A stretch of DNA of 64,000 nt from Octopus sinensis. Lineage: Eukaryota. Shown here piece by piece: positions 53,440-64,000 of the stretch. A model generated the notes under the pieces. It had not been told where the DNA came from. It was given only the letters and a program-made list of their open reading frames with translations, and searched no databases. The stretch covers positions 120,094,001 to 120,158,000 of the forward strand of contig NC_043002.1 of the NCBI RefSeq assembly GCF_006345805.1. Direction: 5' to 3'. Position 1 is the first letter of the stretch. Every line of letters begins with the position of its first letter. Made by a program: the position numbers and the translations under genes.

Positions 53440-54221
53440 TCCCTTATAGTCAGAGCATCTTCTTAAATTTTAATTTTATTGGGATTGCGATTGTTTATTT
53501 TAAAATTTCTTTCGACCACTCTAGAAGGATTTTGAAATTATATGACTAAAACGAAATAAAATGCAAAGTTTTAGATGTTTTTAAATCTAATTTTCATATT
53601 ATTTATTTTGGAGGCACCAAATACAATATTACGAAAAGTAAAAGAAAATCAAATAACAGGAACTCAGATACCTCACACATATGCTGGTTTTTAAGATATC
53701 ACAATAGCAGCCATGTTTAATGATTGCAACTAGCCAACGTTTGTATTTCTTAACACACAATATCCTTTATCCTTAATGTTCAAACAAGATTTAATTTCAT
53801 TTCTTTGTCTCTTAGAAGGTTATCACAGTTATATGTTGCTTCCAAATTAAAAACATTTATATTAATAACATAAGGATGTATTGAAGTCTTTGTGCAAAAT
53901 AAAATACTACTACTACTACTACTACTACTGCTGCTGCTGCTACTACTACTATTACTAATGATGAGGAGGAGGAGGAAGAAGTGGTTTTTGAGGAAGAGGA
54001 AAACAAAATCAACAACAATGATTTTATTGATTATTTACATTATTTACATTATTTACATTTGACGGATATTTGCCCTCATTTTGTTTGTTGTTAAGTTCCC
54101 TTGTAGTCAGAGCATCTTCATAAATTTTAATCTTATTTGGATTGCGATTGTTTAGTTTAAAATTTCTTTCAACCACTCTGGAAGGATTTTGAAATTATAT
54201 GACTAAAACGAAATCAAATGC
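53436..54221 (+). repeat. 129-bp direct repeat pair (53436-53564 and 54093-54221) enclosing compound TAC/TGC/GAG repeats
   Basis: Both copies run AAGTTCCCTT...GACTAAAACGAAAT.AAATGC with scattered substitutions. Confidence 0.85.
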
Positions 54222-54225
54222 CCAT

Positions 54226-54395
54226 GGGCATATGGCGTAGTGGTTAAGATCGCGGGCTACTAACACCAAGATTCCAAGTTCGATTCCAGGCAGTGACCTG
54301 AATGATATAATAATAATAATAATAATAAAAAATAATAATAACAACAACAATAATAATAATCATAACATCGAAAAAATACCTTAGGAATGAGAAAT
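54226..54395 (+). mobile_element. Short tRNA-derived SINE, family D, with internal (AAT)n
   Basis: GGGCATATGGCGTAGTGGTTAAG (A-box) and AGTTCGATTCC (B-box), then (AAT)n; no complete tRNA acceptor stem, so not a tRNA gene. Confidence 0.7.
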
Positions 54396-55689
54396 TTCCC
54401 AGTGGAAACAGAAAAGGCTAACCACTGGATTTAGTTAAAAAGAGACGATGAGCGATGGCTAGAAAAATATTGAGCTATATTTAATAACCAGTTGATCTAG
54501 GAAGCGGGGCCTCATATCAGTGACGGGAGCCGGTGTGTATTGATGCCGTCAAGAGGTTGGCCCCGAAACGGTGCGCATTCTCTCCTGATGACCCTATACA
54601 CTTGCTGGCTTCTGGCATGCGGAGTTCTCCAGTGGTAGCACTTGTATGTGTAAGTCGTTTGCAAGATAACTAAGGACTTTCAAAATTAAGCGACATGAAT
54701 CGGCTGAAAGTGGCATTTGCTACACACAAGGAACAAGTAATAACGTCTATTAGACACTCAACATTATCCTGCATAATCGGCTGATGTAAGTGTTTATGTT
54801 ATAGGAAACTGATAACGAAGAGTATTTTTATTGATAGAATTTGTATTACAAAAATTAGAATAAGGAGAATAACTTATACAAATGTCATGAACATGGTTAA
54901 AGTGATATTTTATAGTTTGTTGTTAATATTGTTATTGTATTGTTAGCTTATATCGGAATGTAATGAAGTTTGAATAGATCGCTGTTTTAAGTAAATCTCG
55001 TGTGTTTCTTCGTGTTGGTAAAAGACTTCATATTTCAATTAATTTCAGCTTTTGCATCCTGATTATATCAACTATTCGTTTCATGTATAGTAAATTTATA
55101 ATGAGAAAGTAAAGGCTCCTTAATTTCAGAAAAGTTCATGGCGCTGAAAACATCTAAAAGAACTGACTTTGGGCAACAAAGTTTGAAGTCAAATTGATTT
55201 ATCGTATTTCAAAATATTTTAGACCATTTTGCCATCGAGAATCGAATAAGGAAAGAAAAACAGCAAATGCAATATATAGATAATTTAAAATTTATTTTTG
55301 TAGCTTCTTTTACTGTTATCAGGACGATACAAAAGCGCACAAATAATATTCATTGTACTATAGTACTATATTGTACTATAGTATGAAATAGTTTAGTGCC
55401 ACTAAGAACTGAAGAATCCTTAAATCGGACATATCATTGCTTAGTAATTACCTGAAAATATGACTTTTGCCTCATGTGTTATTTATACATGCTTATCTAT
55501 TAATATGAAAATTAACTTTCTATTTAGACTCAACCTCTAAATCCCGTTCATGAGAAAAGAATTAGATTGTATGTCCCAAATATACTACTAAAGAAACGAC
55601 AAAATACAAAATAAAGGAGTACATTACAGCATGAAACATGGTATTTTCAACTGCCCATACTGTATTCAGTACTAATGTTATTTCTTGAC

Positions 55690-55835
55690 AAGCGGTGAGC
55701 AGATAGAATCGGTAGCATGTCAGACGTGTTCTGAATTCAATGACACCGACGTTGACTTTGCATTTCATTATTTTGAAGTCAATAACGTAAGTTGCAGTTG
55801 AGGATTGGAGCCGAGGTAATTAACTAGTTACCCCA
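55690..55835 (+). mobile_element. SINE family C, heavily decayed
   Basis: AGCGGTGAGCAGATAGAATCGGTAGCA...GTTGACTTTGCATTTCAT resembles the family C head and core. Confidence 0.55.
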
Positions 55836-56199
55836 TCTCTCCTAAGATTTCACTCTGTGTGATACCTCTGCATCATATTGCTAGTACATGGAATCATCCC
55901 GCTTATATTTTCCTGGAAAAACCCCATAAAGATGTTCTAATTAGATATGTATTGAAAGGATAACAAGATTTTAAAAATTGAAAATTATATGAAAAACCTC
56001 TGTGCTTTACGAATATATATATGTACATCTACACACATACACACAAACAGCAACACACACAGACACGCACGTACATACACGTACACATACAAACACACAC
56101 ACACACAATCATTTCCACAAATAAATGCACTACTCGATCTCACTTGATTAATCTGTGTGTGTGTGGCTACGTATGTATATGTGTGTGTGTGTGTCGCTC

Positions 56200-56294
56200 T
56201 CTGTATATATGTGTATGTATTTATTTATGTATGTATACCTGTATGTATGCATGCATGTATGTATGCATGCATGTATGTATGTATGTATGTATGT

Positions 56295-56349
<55 letters not shown>

Positions 56350-56350
56350 T
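56200..56350. repeat. (TATG)n-(TAGA)n microsatellite
   Basis: Read directly. Confidence 0.95.
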
Positions 56351-58120
56351 GAAAGAGAGATGTTTCTTATGAACGGCGCAAACAAGGCAATAAATAACAG
56401 AAATGCAAAATACATATATATTAGTTTCACGCTGCAATGAATATAATCCTCGGGAGGTCATTACGGTTAAGGCAGTTTCTTTGAAAGAATGAAGTTAAAG
56501 AGCGAAAGTTAGAAAGAGGGGAAGGGGAAAATTCCAATGTCGAAGCATGTGTGTATTAGTTCATCATCATGCTAGCATATGCAAAAGATTCAGGAAGTAG
56601 TGGAAAAAAGTTTTCGCAGATAAGAGTGTAATAGGAAATGAAAACAAGCGGGTGACTTGTTTATATTTGCCGAAGTGTGTGTAAATTGTCTGTATACGTT
56701 TATTCCTGTATTATTTTGCATGGCGTATGCATGTTGTGGTACGTTGCAAGCATTTAACAAATGTGAGAGACTAATAGAATTTTTAATGCGGTTATTCTAG
56801 TGTCCTTTGGTAAGATACATCGTCGTATGTTTCATCACAGAGACACAGAAATCAAACCTGAACTTTACAGATTACTCTTTATCCAAATACATAAGAATTG
56901 TTTATATATATAAATACACATCGTGTGTGTGTGTTAAATGTGTATGCAAGCAAATATCATGTTCTCTGGGGAAATTTTGTGGCCAGTGCCGTGCACTGAA
57001 AGAAGCACGTTGACTTCAATTGTCTTGGCTTTTTCATCGCTGTCCTAGTTATTCGCCTCTATTCGCGTAGAAATTCTTGGTTTCATTCTTATTTATAGAT
57101 ACTGCAGTGGCTGCAGTAAATGAGTTGGATTGGTTTATTATCTTTTGGATAACTGCCGTAAACCACCAGCTGTAAGAGATATCAACCAGCTAGAATCTGA
57201 ACCGTCATTCATCTATGCATAGAATCTACTTCGATTGAAGATATGTGTCCAATTATAAAACACCTTTCTTCGCTTTAGTATTTACCTGGAAAATAAAGCA
57301 CTCCATCAGAATTTGGAATATATATGCACATATAATTTCCTTATTAAAGTATTCAATTTGAAATAAAACGAATATATATACAATAGTTTCCAAGATCATA
57401 GCCTATGTTATAAAACATTGTTACATCTGAGTGTGACATTGAGACATATATGATGCTGAAAATTTAGTTCAATACTTATTTCCAAAATATATTGATGAAA
57501 AAGAAAACTTATAATTTTGCATGGCATTTTCTAGTACAGTATTTATAATTGGTTCTCGGAGTACTGTGTAGTCCTGCCAAGAAATACATACCTGGTAGTA
57601 GGATTCTTATGGAAAGTGATATCAATTCAAAAGACCTGCAGTTGGTAAAGAAGCATATTGTTGGCAACATTTCTATCAAAACCAATTCTATTATCACTTA
57701 ACTTAGCGATAATAATAAAACAGGTTGTTACGACAACTATTGAGTTGTTGTAAGTAGTTATTCGAGGGAACTTTGCCAGACATGGACCAGAGCTCAAATC
57801 AATTTCATCTTACTGAAAATGTTGAATGTATGACTTATTCTGGGGAAAAGAAAAAAAAGAAATATATATAACTACTACAATTGTAAGCAACGTTAATTGT
57901 AGAATCTCCAGTATTTAACAAGTATATTAGCATTAAAGCAAATCCAATCACATACAAATCTCATTATCAGAAGTTCAACGGAGTCAAGAAACTTAAACAT
58001 TTCTCAGGCCACAATTTGGCATGCGTTGACAATAGATAAAGCAAAAGAACTCCGGCTTTAAATCAGAGATTTTGTGAATTATATTCGGGCAGTCGTTGAT
58101 GGAATTGTATCCGCGTTTCA

Positions 58121-58482
58121 TTGCCTCTGCGTTAGCGAAGGCGGGGGCATTGTTTTCAGTCGTGTTTGTTCGTTTGTTTGTCCGTGGACAAGATATATCA
58201 AGAACCGTTGGATGGATTCGGATGCAACTTTCAGAGATGTTTGGCCTCGTGACTGGCGCCACTGATTAGATTTTAAGATCGATTCGGTACAAGGATTTTG
58301 GATTATCTTCCCGTGTTTTTTACTTAATCTTCGAAAGCGGTCAGGTTCATTTTTAGTGTTCTCGTTTGAGAGCAGTCAAGTTTATTTTAGATATTCTCAT
58401 TTAAAATATCCTCCCTGACTCATCATTGAGAGGACGATGGTGTTGCTTTGACGGAGGTCTGCGCTCCCTCAGTGCTCTTATT
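58121..58482 (+). mobile_element. Helentron-associated (HINE/DINE-1-type) non-autonomous element
   Basis: 5' TTGCCTCTGCGTTAGCGAAGGCGG hairpin, (GTTT)n-like core, 3' TTGACGGAGGTCTGCGCTCCCTCAGTGCTC with subterminal IR and short palindrome, which is the HINE architecture. Confidence 0.6.
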
Positions 58483-58610
58483 AACATTTTTTTTGTGTGT
58501 GTGTGGTTATAGAAAGTACAGCATTCTTACACTTACACCTGTTGTTCAACTTTTGGCTGTCGTTATTTTATTCAAATATTTTTACTCATCAGCAATGCAA
58601 TGAGCATGCA

Positions 58611-58642
<32 letters not shown>

Positions 58643-58680
58643 GTATCTCTCCCTGTTTGCAGCTTACTTTCTCTCTTGTT

Positions 58681-59085
58681 ATTCTTTTATTCTTTTACTC
58701 TTTTACTTGTTTCAGTCATTTGACTGCGGCCATGCAAGAACACCATCTTGAAGGATTTTAGTCGAACAAATCTACCTAAGCACTTTATTCTTTGTAAGCC
58801 TAGTACTTATTCTATCGTTCTCTTTTGTCGAACCACGAAGTTACAGAGACGTAAACACATCGACATCGGTTGTGAAGCAACAGCGGGGGGACAAACACAG
58901 AGACACAAATACATATATATATTCGATGGACATCTTTCACTTTCCGTCTACCAATTCCACTCACAAGGCTTTGGTCGACCCGAGGCTATAGTAGAAGACA
59001 CTTGCCCAAGGTGCAATTAAGTAGGACTGAACCGGAACAATGTGATTGGTAAGCAAGCTACTTACTACACAGTCACTCCTGCGCC
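58681..59085 (-). mobile_element. SINE family A
   Basis: Colinear with 52-471; TCTTTTA tail repeats. Confidence 0.85.
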
Positions 59086-59117
59086 ACTGTATATATATAT
59101 ATGTATATATATATAGG

Positions 59118-59151
<34 letters not shown>

Positions 59152-59187
59152 TGTATGTATGTATGTATGTATGTATGTATGCATATG

Positions 59188-59222
<35 letters not shown>

Positions 59223-59234
59223 ATACACACACAC

Positions 59235-59462
59235 ATATATAGATAGAAACTGAAAGATGCCCATAGTATAAATGTATAAATTGTATACATGTATTTGTGC
59301 GTATGTATTTATGTATGTTTGCCTCATCTCCACCGCTTGACAACCGGAGTTGCTGTATTTACGTTCGGCAAAAATGTGTCTGATAGAAAAGGAAGCAAAG
59401 TCCCGGGGTCGATTTATTCGACTAAAATACTCCAAGACGGTGCCCCAAAATGGGTGCAGTCT
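59235..59462 (+). mobile_element. SINE family A, diverged 3' half
   Basis: GAAACTGAAAGATGCCC...GCTTGACAACCGG...GGGGTCGATTTATTCGACTAAAA...GGTGCCCCAAAATGG. Confidence 0.65.
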
Positions 59463-59464
59463 CT

Positions 59465-59536
<72 letters not shown>

Positions 59537-59869
59537 TATATACCTATACCCATCCCCACATCTTTACACCTACACATACATACACATATCATATCACAAC
59601 ACACCACCCACACACCCATCACCATACCTCCACTCCCACACATACATACATTCACACGTCCAGACCACCAGCCCTCTTTCACACGCACATACATACTCTC
59701 TTATACAGAAACGAACCTTCATGTTAGGGCGAAGTCACTTGACCCTGTTATCTCCCCTACTATCCCTCTAGCATCGAACGTCTGACCTCTGACGTCTGAC
59801 CTCTGAGCTCTGACTTCTGCCTGAAATCAGAACGCCATGTTGGACCATTAGCTCCTACACGCATTTTTT

Positions 59870-60060
59870 CCCTCCTTGGTTCTTTTCTGTGTATCTTTCT
59901 GTTGAAGAGCGTAGGCTCGAAACGTAAAAGACTTGTTTTATTTCTCTTCCTGAGCGCCATACTAATACAATTATTTGTTTGTACTCCTCCTGCCTTCGTC
60001 TTTTGTTTATTTTCGTAAACCTGCCTTCGTCTTTTACTTATTTTCGTATACCTTCCCGTT
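59870..60060 (+). mobile_element. Hammerhead-motif repeat, copy 3
   Basis: TCTTT CTGTTGA A GAGC GTAG GCTC GAAACGTA AAAGA at 59894-59931; internal ~30-bp duplication; followed by (TA)n. Confidence 0.65.
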
Positions 60061-60078
60061 ATAAATATATATATATAC

Positions 60079-60177
<99 letters not shown>

Positions 60178-62481
60178 TAAGCAATAAAGGGTTTAGCAAC
60201 GAATTGCCTTACCACAGACCGAATTTAGAAATAGCAGTCAAAGAGTTATAGCTATTCTTCTACTAAAAAGGGAGATCTCAGTAAAAAGCACAGCAATTGG
60301 AAGGCAGACACAAACAGGTAAGAGAGAATGAATTGACGGCAATCTATCATACAATTTTAAGTATATATATATATATACACACACACACAAATACTCATCC
60401 ATCCATCCATACATACATGCATCCATCCATCCCTCCCTCCATACATACATACATACATCCATCCATCCATACATCCATACATACATCCATCCATCCATAC
60501 ATACATACATATGTATATATATTTATATAACGCCTAGAAGATTTATTTCTCCTCTGTTCACCATTTAATTCCTTCATTTTCAACACCGTTCAGTTAATCC
60601 TTTCTTTCTTAGTCCGTATTTCACCTTTGTTTTCACCTTTGTCCCTGCACTCATGGTATATTTTGGATCGAAATATATTTCCCATCAATAAAAATTCTTA
60701 GTATCATTGTTATAGATTAATCATTACTGAATATCCTCTTACTTCTCTCCTTCCATGACCTTCCCACAGTCAAAGTGATACATTATCGGAAATAAAAGAA
60801 GCTATGCGGTGCTCGAATAAAAAAAGGCTCCAAAGATATATTAAAGAATAATGAGCTAATGGAATGACTGAGAAATGTAAATAATGTCCAGCCTCTATAA
60901 ATAAACATCCTGTCAACTATGGAATTTATTTAATTCCACTGGACTGGAATAACGAATGGAGATCAATGTAACTACCATCAGCACTCTAACGTGTCCCGAT
61001 AGCTGCTGGCAAATGCCAATGGGCCATTTCCTCTGACATCAATTTTCAATTTAATGCATATTACACTTGCCGTTTGCTTTCCTATTTCGATCCTCCTGGT
61101 TACAATAACCGTAGCCTTCCTCTTTAAATGAACCATCAATGGATGCATTCAATGTGTATTTACAGCAGGATAAAGTATAAAAGAAGAAAAAGAACGTATC
61201 CTTAACTTACTCTTTCTACCTGACATTTTCCTGATATTCTGTCGTACATATATCTAAAGCTCTCTATCCCTTTTACTGATTTATAAATCTACATTTCTTT
61301 AGCAATTCCTCTAACAATAAACGTACATTTTACTTACACTCTGCTATTTATACATAAATATATACATACACTCATACATGCACACATATATTTCAGCACA
61401 TTGCAGTATACATCTCTCTATCGTCTCCCCTTTTTTTCTTACTAACTTCAACTCTCTCTTCTCTCGTGTTACTCTGTACTCGACTATGTCTCCTTATCTA
61501 GCAATTTTTGTCAGTTTCTTTAATCGCTCTTTGCATCGACTAAATCAATTTACTCTGTATTTCTGTTACAGTCAAAGGATTCATCACAGAATTCGCCCTT
61601 TAACAGAACAAAAAGCTGCTGCACAACGAATACTCACTTAGTATTGGTCTGATTAATGTTGCCTACTTATTTATTTATTTCGTTTCAATCATTTGAAGAA
61701 ATTGATCGATATTAAATATGGGTTACGTTTACAGACCATCAGTTGCCGATTCAGCTTGCTTACTCATTGATTAGTAAAACGCTTTCATTCAGTTTAGCTG
61801 TTTGTATATGCTACACTACACGAAGTTGCATTTCACGTTAGTAGTAAAAATAATATTTAGATTAGGTGATTATCCCACACAGAATGTTTATTCCTAAATG
61901 TAAAAGTTAATCTCTATTATTATACTTAACTTTTGCAGCAAAGAGAGAAATGTTAAGAAAATATTATTTCATAACTATTTTGAAAGTGTTTTCAAGGGCT
62001 GGGTGTCAAAAAGCAAAAGAAAATGGAAAGAGGAGAGGTAGAATGCTTTGTATATTAACTGGAAGCTGGAAGAGTTTTATTTTCGATTTAGCAGAATAAG
62101 CAATACACAGACGGATGTGTGATGAATATTGAGTGCCTGGTATATCATGCACGGTGCATGTTTTGTTTCGGTTATTGTAAAGATGTAAAAGTCTCACGGA
62201 TTTCAAGACTTAACAAATCAATGGCATCCTTATGTAGTTGTGTATAATACACAAACGCACATACACTGAGACACACACAAAATTTCTCACATACACACAC
62301 ACAAGTATATGTATATATGCGCGTGTGTGTGTGTGTGTGTGTGTGTTTATGTGTATATATGTGTGTTTGTTTCTGTTTGTGAGTGTATTTGTGTAAGTAT
62401 ATAGACATACATATATACATATACATATATGTGTGTATGCGTATATATATATATATATACGTAAGTATGTATATGTGTGTG

Positions 62482-62541
<60 letters not shown>

Positions 62542-62543
<2 letters not shown>

Positions 62544-63187
62544 CAATAATAAATCTCAGAGCGAGTTATAAACAGTAGCTACAAGACATCGTGACGTACA
62601 TTTGCCATTTAAATATGGCTAACCCCTAAGGGTGGATGCTACTGTAGTTTGTAGTCCCAGGAGGATACCTTCTTCAGCTGGCTTTAGACACACTTTCTGT
62701 GCTCTATCAGTGTTTGCAAAGGGAAGCCATCCTTCCTGTCTTCAACATATGATACACACGGACTCGAGTTTCTGGGTATTGACCCGTCATAACCCCTTAA
62801 GGGTTAGCCATATTCAAATGGCAAATATACGTCACGATGTGTTGTAGCTACTGTTTATAACTCGCTCTGAGATTTATTGTTGCTTGTTTACACTTTTTCG
62901 ATAACAGTGTCTATCGATACTGGAAAACGTATAAGTATTTGTGAAGGGAACCTGCTTCTCGTCGACAACTGTGATTGCCATACGCCGATGACGGGTCAAT
63001 ACCCATAAAATCGAGTCCGTGTGTATCATATGTTGAAGACGGGAAGGATGGCTTCCCTTTGCAAACACTGATAGGGCACAGAAAGTGTGTCTATGGCCAG
63101 CTGGAGGAGGTGTCCTCCTGGGGCTACAAACTACAGTAGCATCCACGCTTAGGGGTTAGCCATATTTAAATGGCAAATGTACGTCAC
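62542..63187. repeat. Nested inverted-repeat (fold-back) structure between (TA)n tracts
   Basis: 62591-62790 is inverted at 62988-63187 (189/200 identical by manual alignment); 62542-62630 is also inverted at 62796-62884. Confidence 0.9.
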
Positions 63188-63189
63188 TA

Positions 63190-63428
63190 TAAATATATAT
63201 TATATATATATATATATATGAATGTGCGTATATTTACGTATGTGTGTATATATGAATTATATGTATGTATATATATATGTAATGTGTATGTATATATTAT
63301 GTTCTCTTGGAGATTATTAATTCTCATGACGTCAACTATATATATATATATGTGTGTGTATGTATGTGTATCTATATATATATATGTAGTATGTGTATAC
63401 ACACACACACACACACATATATATATAC

Positions 63429-63496
<68 letters not shown>

Positions 63497-63822
63497 TGCA
63501 TTCCAGATAGTAGAAGCCATGCAAATCTGTGTAGTATAAGCGCATTTCACTGTTTAGGACGTTCTCTGCGATGCATGTTCGGTGTTTGAGACGGATTCTT
63601 TAGCTTATTCATGCAAATAAACATTTACATAGGAAATAGTCAAGTATAAGAAAGTACAGTAAACACACATACCTATATATATGTGCATATGTGTATATAT
63701 ATATATATATTATATATATATATATGTGTGTGTATGTATGTGTATACACACACACACACATATATATATACATATACATACACACACACACACATATATA
63801 TATACATATATATATATATATT

Positions 63823-63871
<49 letters not shown>

Positions 63872-63890
63872 GTATATATACATATATACA
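63190..63890. repeat. Long compound TA/TG/CA low-complexity tract
   Basis: Read directly. Confidence 0.9.
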
Positions 63891-63893
63891 TAC

Positions 63894-64000
63894 GAGTGAC
63901 TGTGTGGTAAGTAGCTTGTTTACCAACCACATGGTTCCGGGTTCAGTCCGACTGCGTGGCATCTTGGGCAAGTGCCTTCTACTATAGCCTCGGGCCGACC
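63894..64000 (+). mobile_element. SINE family A head, cut by the window edge
   Basis: GAGTGACTGTGTGGTAAGTAGC...GGGTTCAGTCCG...CTTGGGCAAGTG. Confidence 0.85.

Noticed and set aside
54226-54300. tRNA gene
   Set aside because: Only A and B boxes and an anticodon-like arm; no acceptor stem pairing, and it runs into a SINE-type body.
54430-54560. RDDERW...RKRG-like RTE C-terminal trace
   Set aside because: Too short and frameshifted to support.
57099-57171. Possible 73-nt host exon (TTATAG acceptor, GTAAGA donor; DTAVAAVNELDWFIIFWITAVNHQ)
   Set aside because: No recognisable protein and no partner exons; such sites are frequent by chance. RNA-seq would be needed.
60780-61020. Possible ancient RT trace (LSEIKEAM...NY.ISTL)
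   Set aside because: Requires multiple indels; could be chance.
62620-63160. CTTAGGGGTTAG as telomere-like repeat; GGGVLL peptide in C-B' as a CR1 endonuclease trace
   Set aside because: Not an array of TTAGGG; the peptide resemblance is limited to one short motif.
1-64000. Short ORFs in the supplied track rich in YI, CV, HT, LSIY, poly-Y/I/L
   Set aside because: They are translations of TA, TG, CA, TCTA and AAT microsatellites or SINE interiors; no domain signal.

Overview
An AT-rich, microsatellite-dense animal window with no host gene I can support; the repeat content looks like octopus (coleoid cephalopod) intronic or intergenic DNA, which is an inference from repeat style. Nearly all short ORFs in the supplied track are microsatellite or SINE artefacts. 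The centrepiece is a ~6.2 kb Tx1/L1-type non-LTR retrotransposon (~25110-31341) with an ORF1 CCHC knuckle and an ORF2 carrying AP-endonuclease, RT and a C-terminal zinc finger. It sits in a (TCTA)n array directly behind a 5'-truncated sibling (24271-24864). Both copies end at the same base and the same repeat register, which suggests a (GATA/TCTA)n-targeting element. Most of its reading-frame lesions look like homopolymer miscalls, and its ORF1/ORF2 junction holds a conserved GTAAGT...TTAG segment whose removal would fuse the two ORFs in frame. Also present: three copies of a small element with a minimal hammerhead-ribozyme-like motif (non-canonical CUGUNGA core), a nested fold-back at 62.5-63.2 kb with strand-biased transitions between its arms, a decayed second Tx1-like family, RTE and CR1 fossils, an internally deleted mariner, two MITEs, three Helitron/Helentron-type non-autonomous elements and about 19 tRNA-derived SINE copies from four families.
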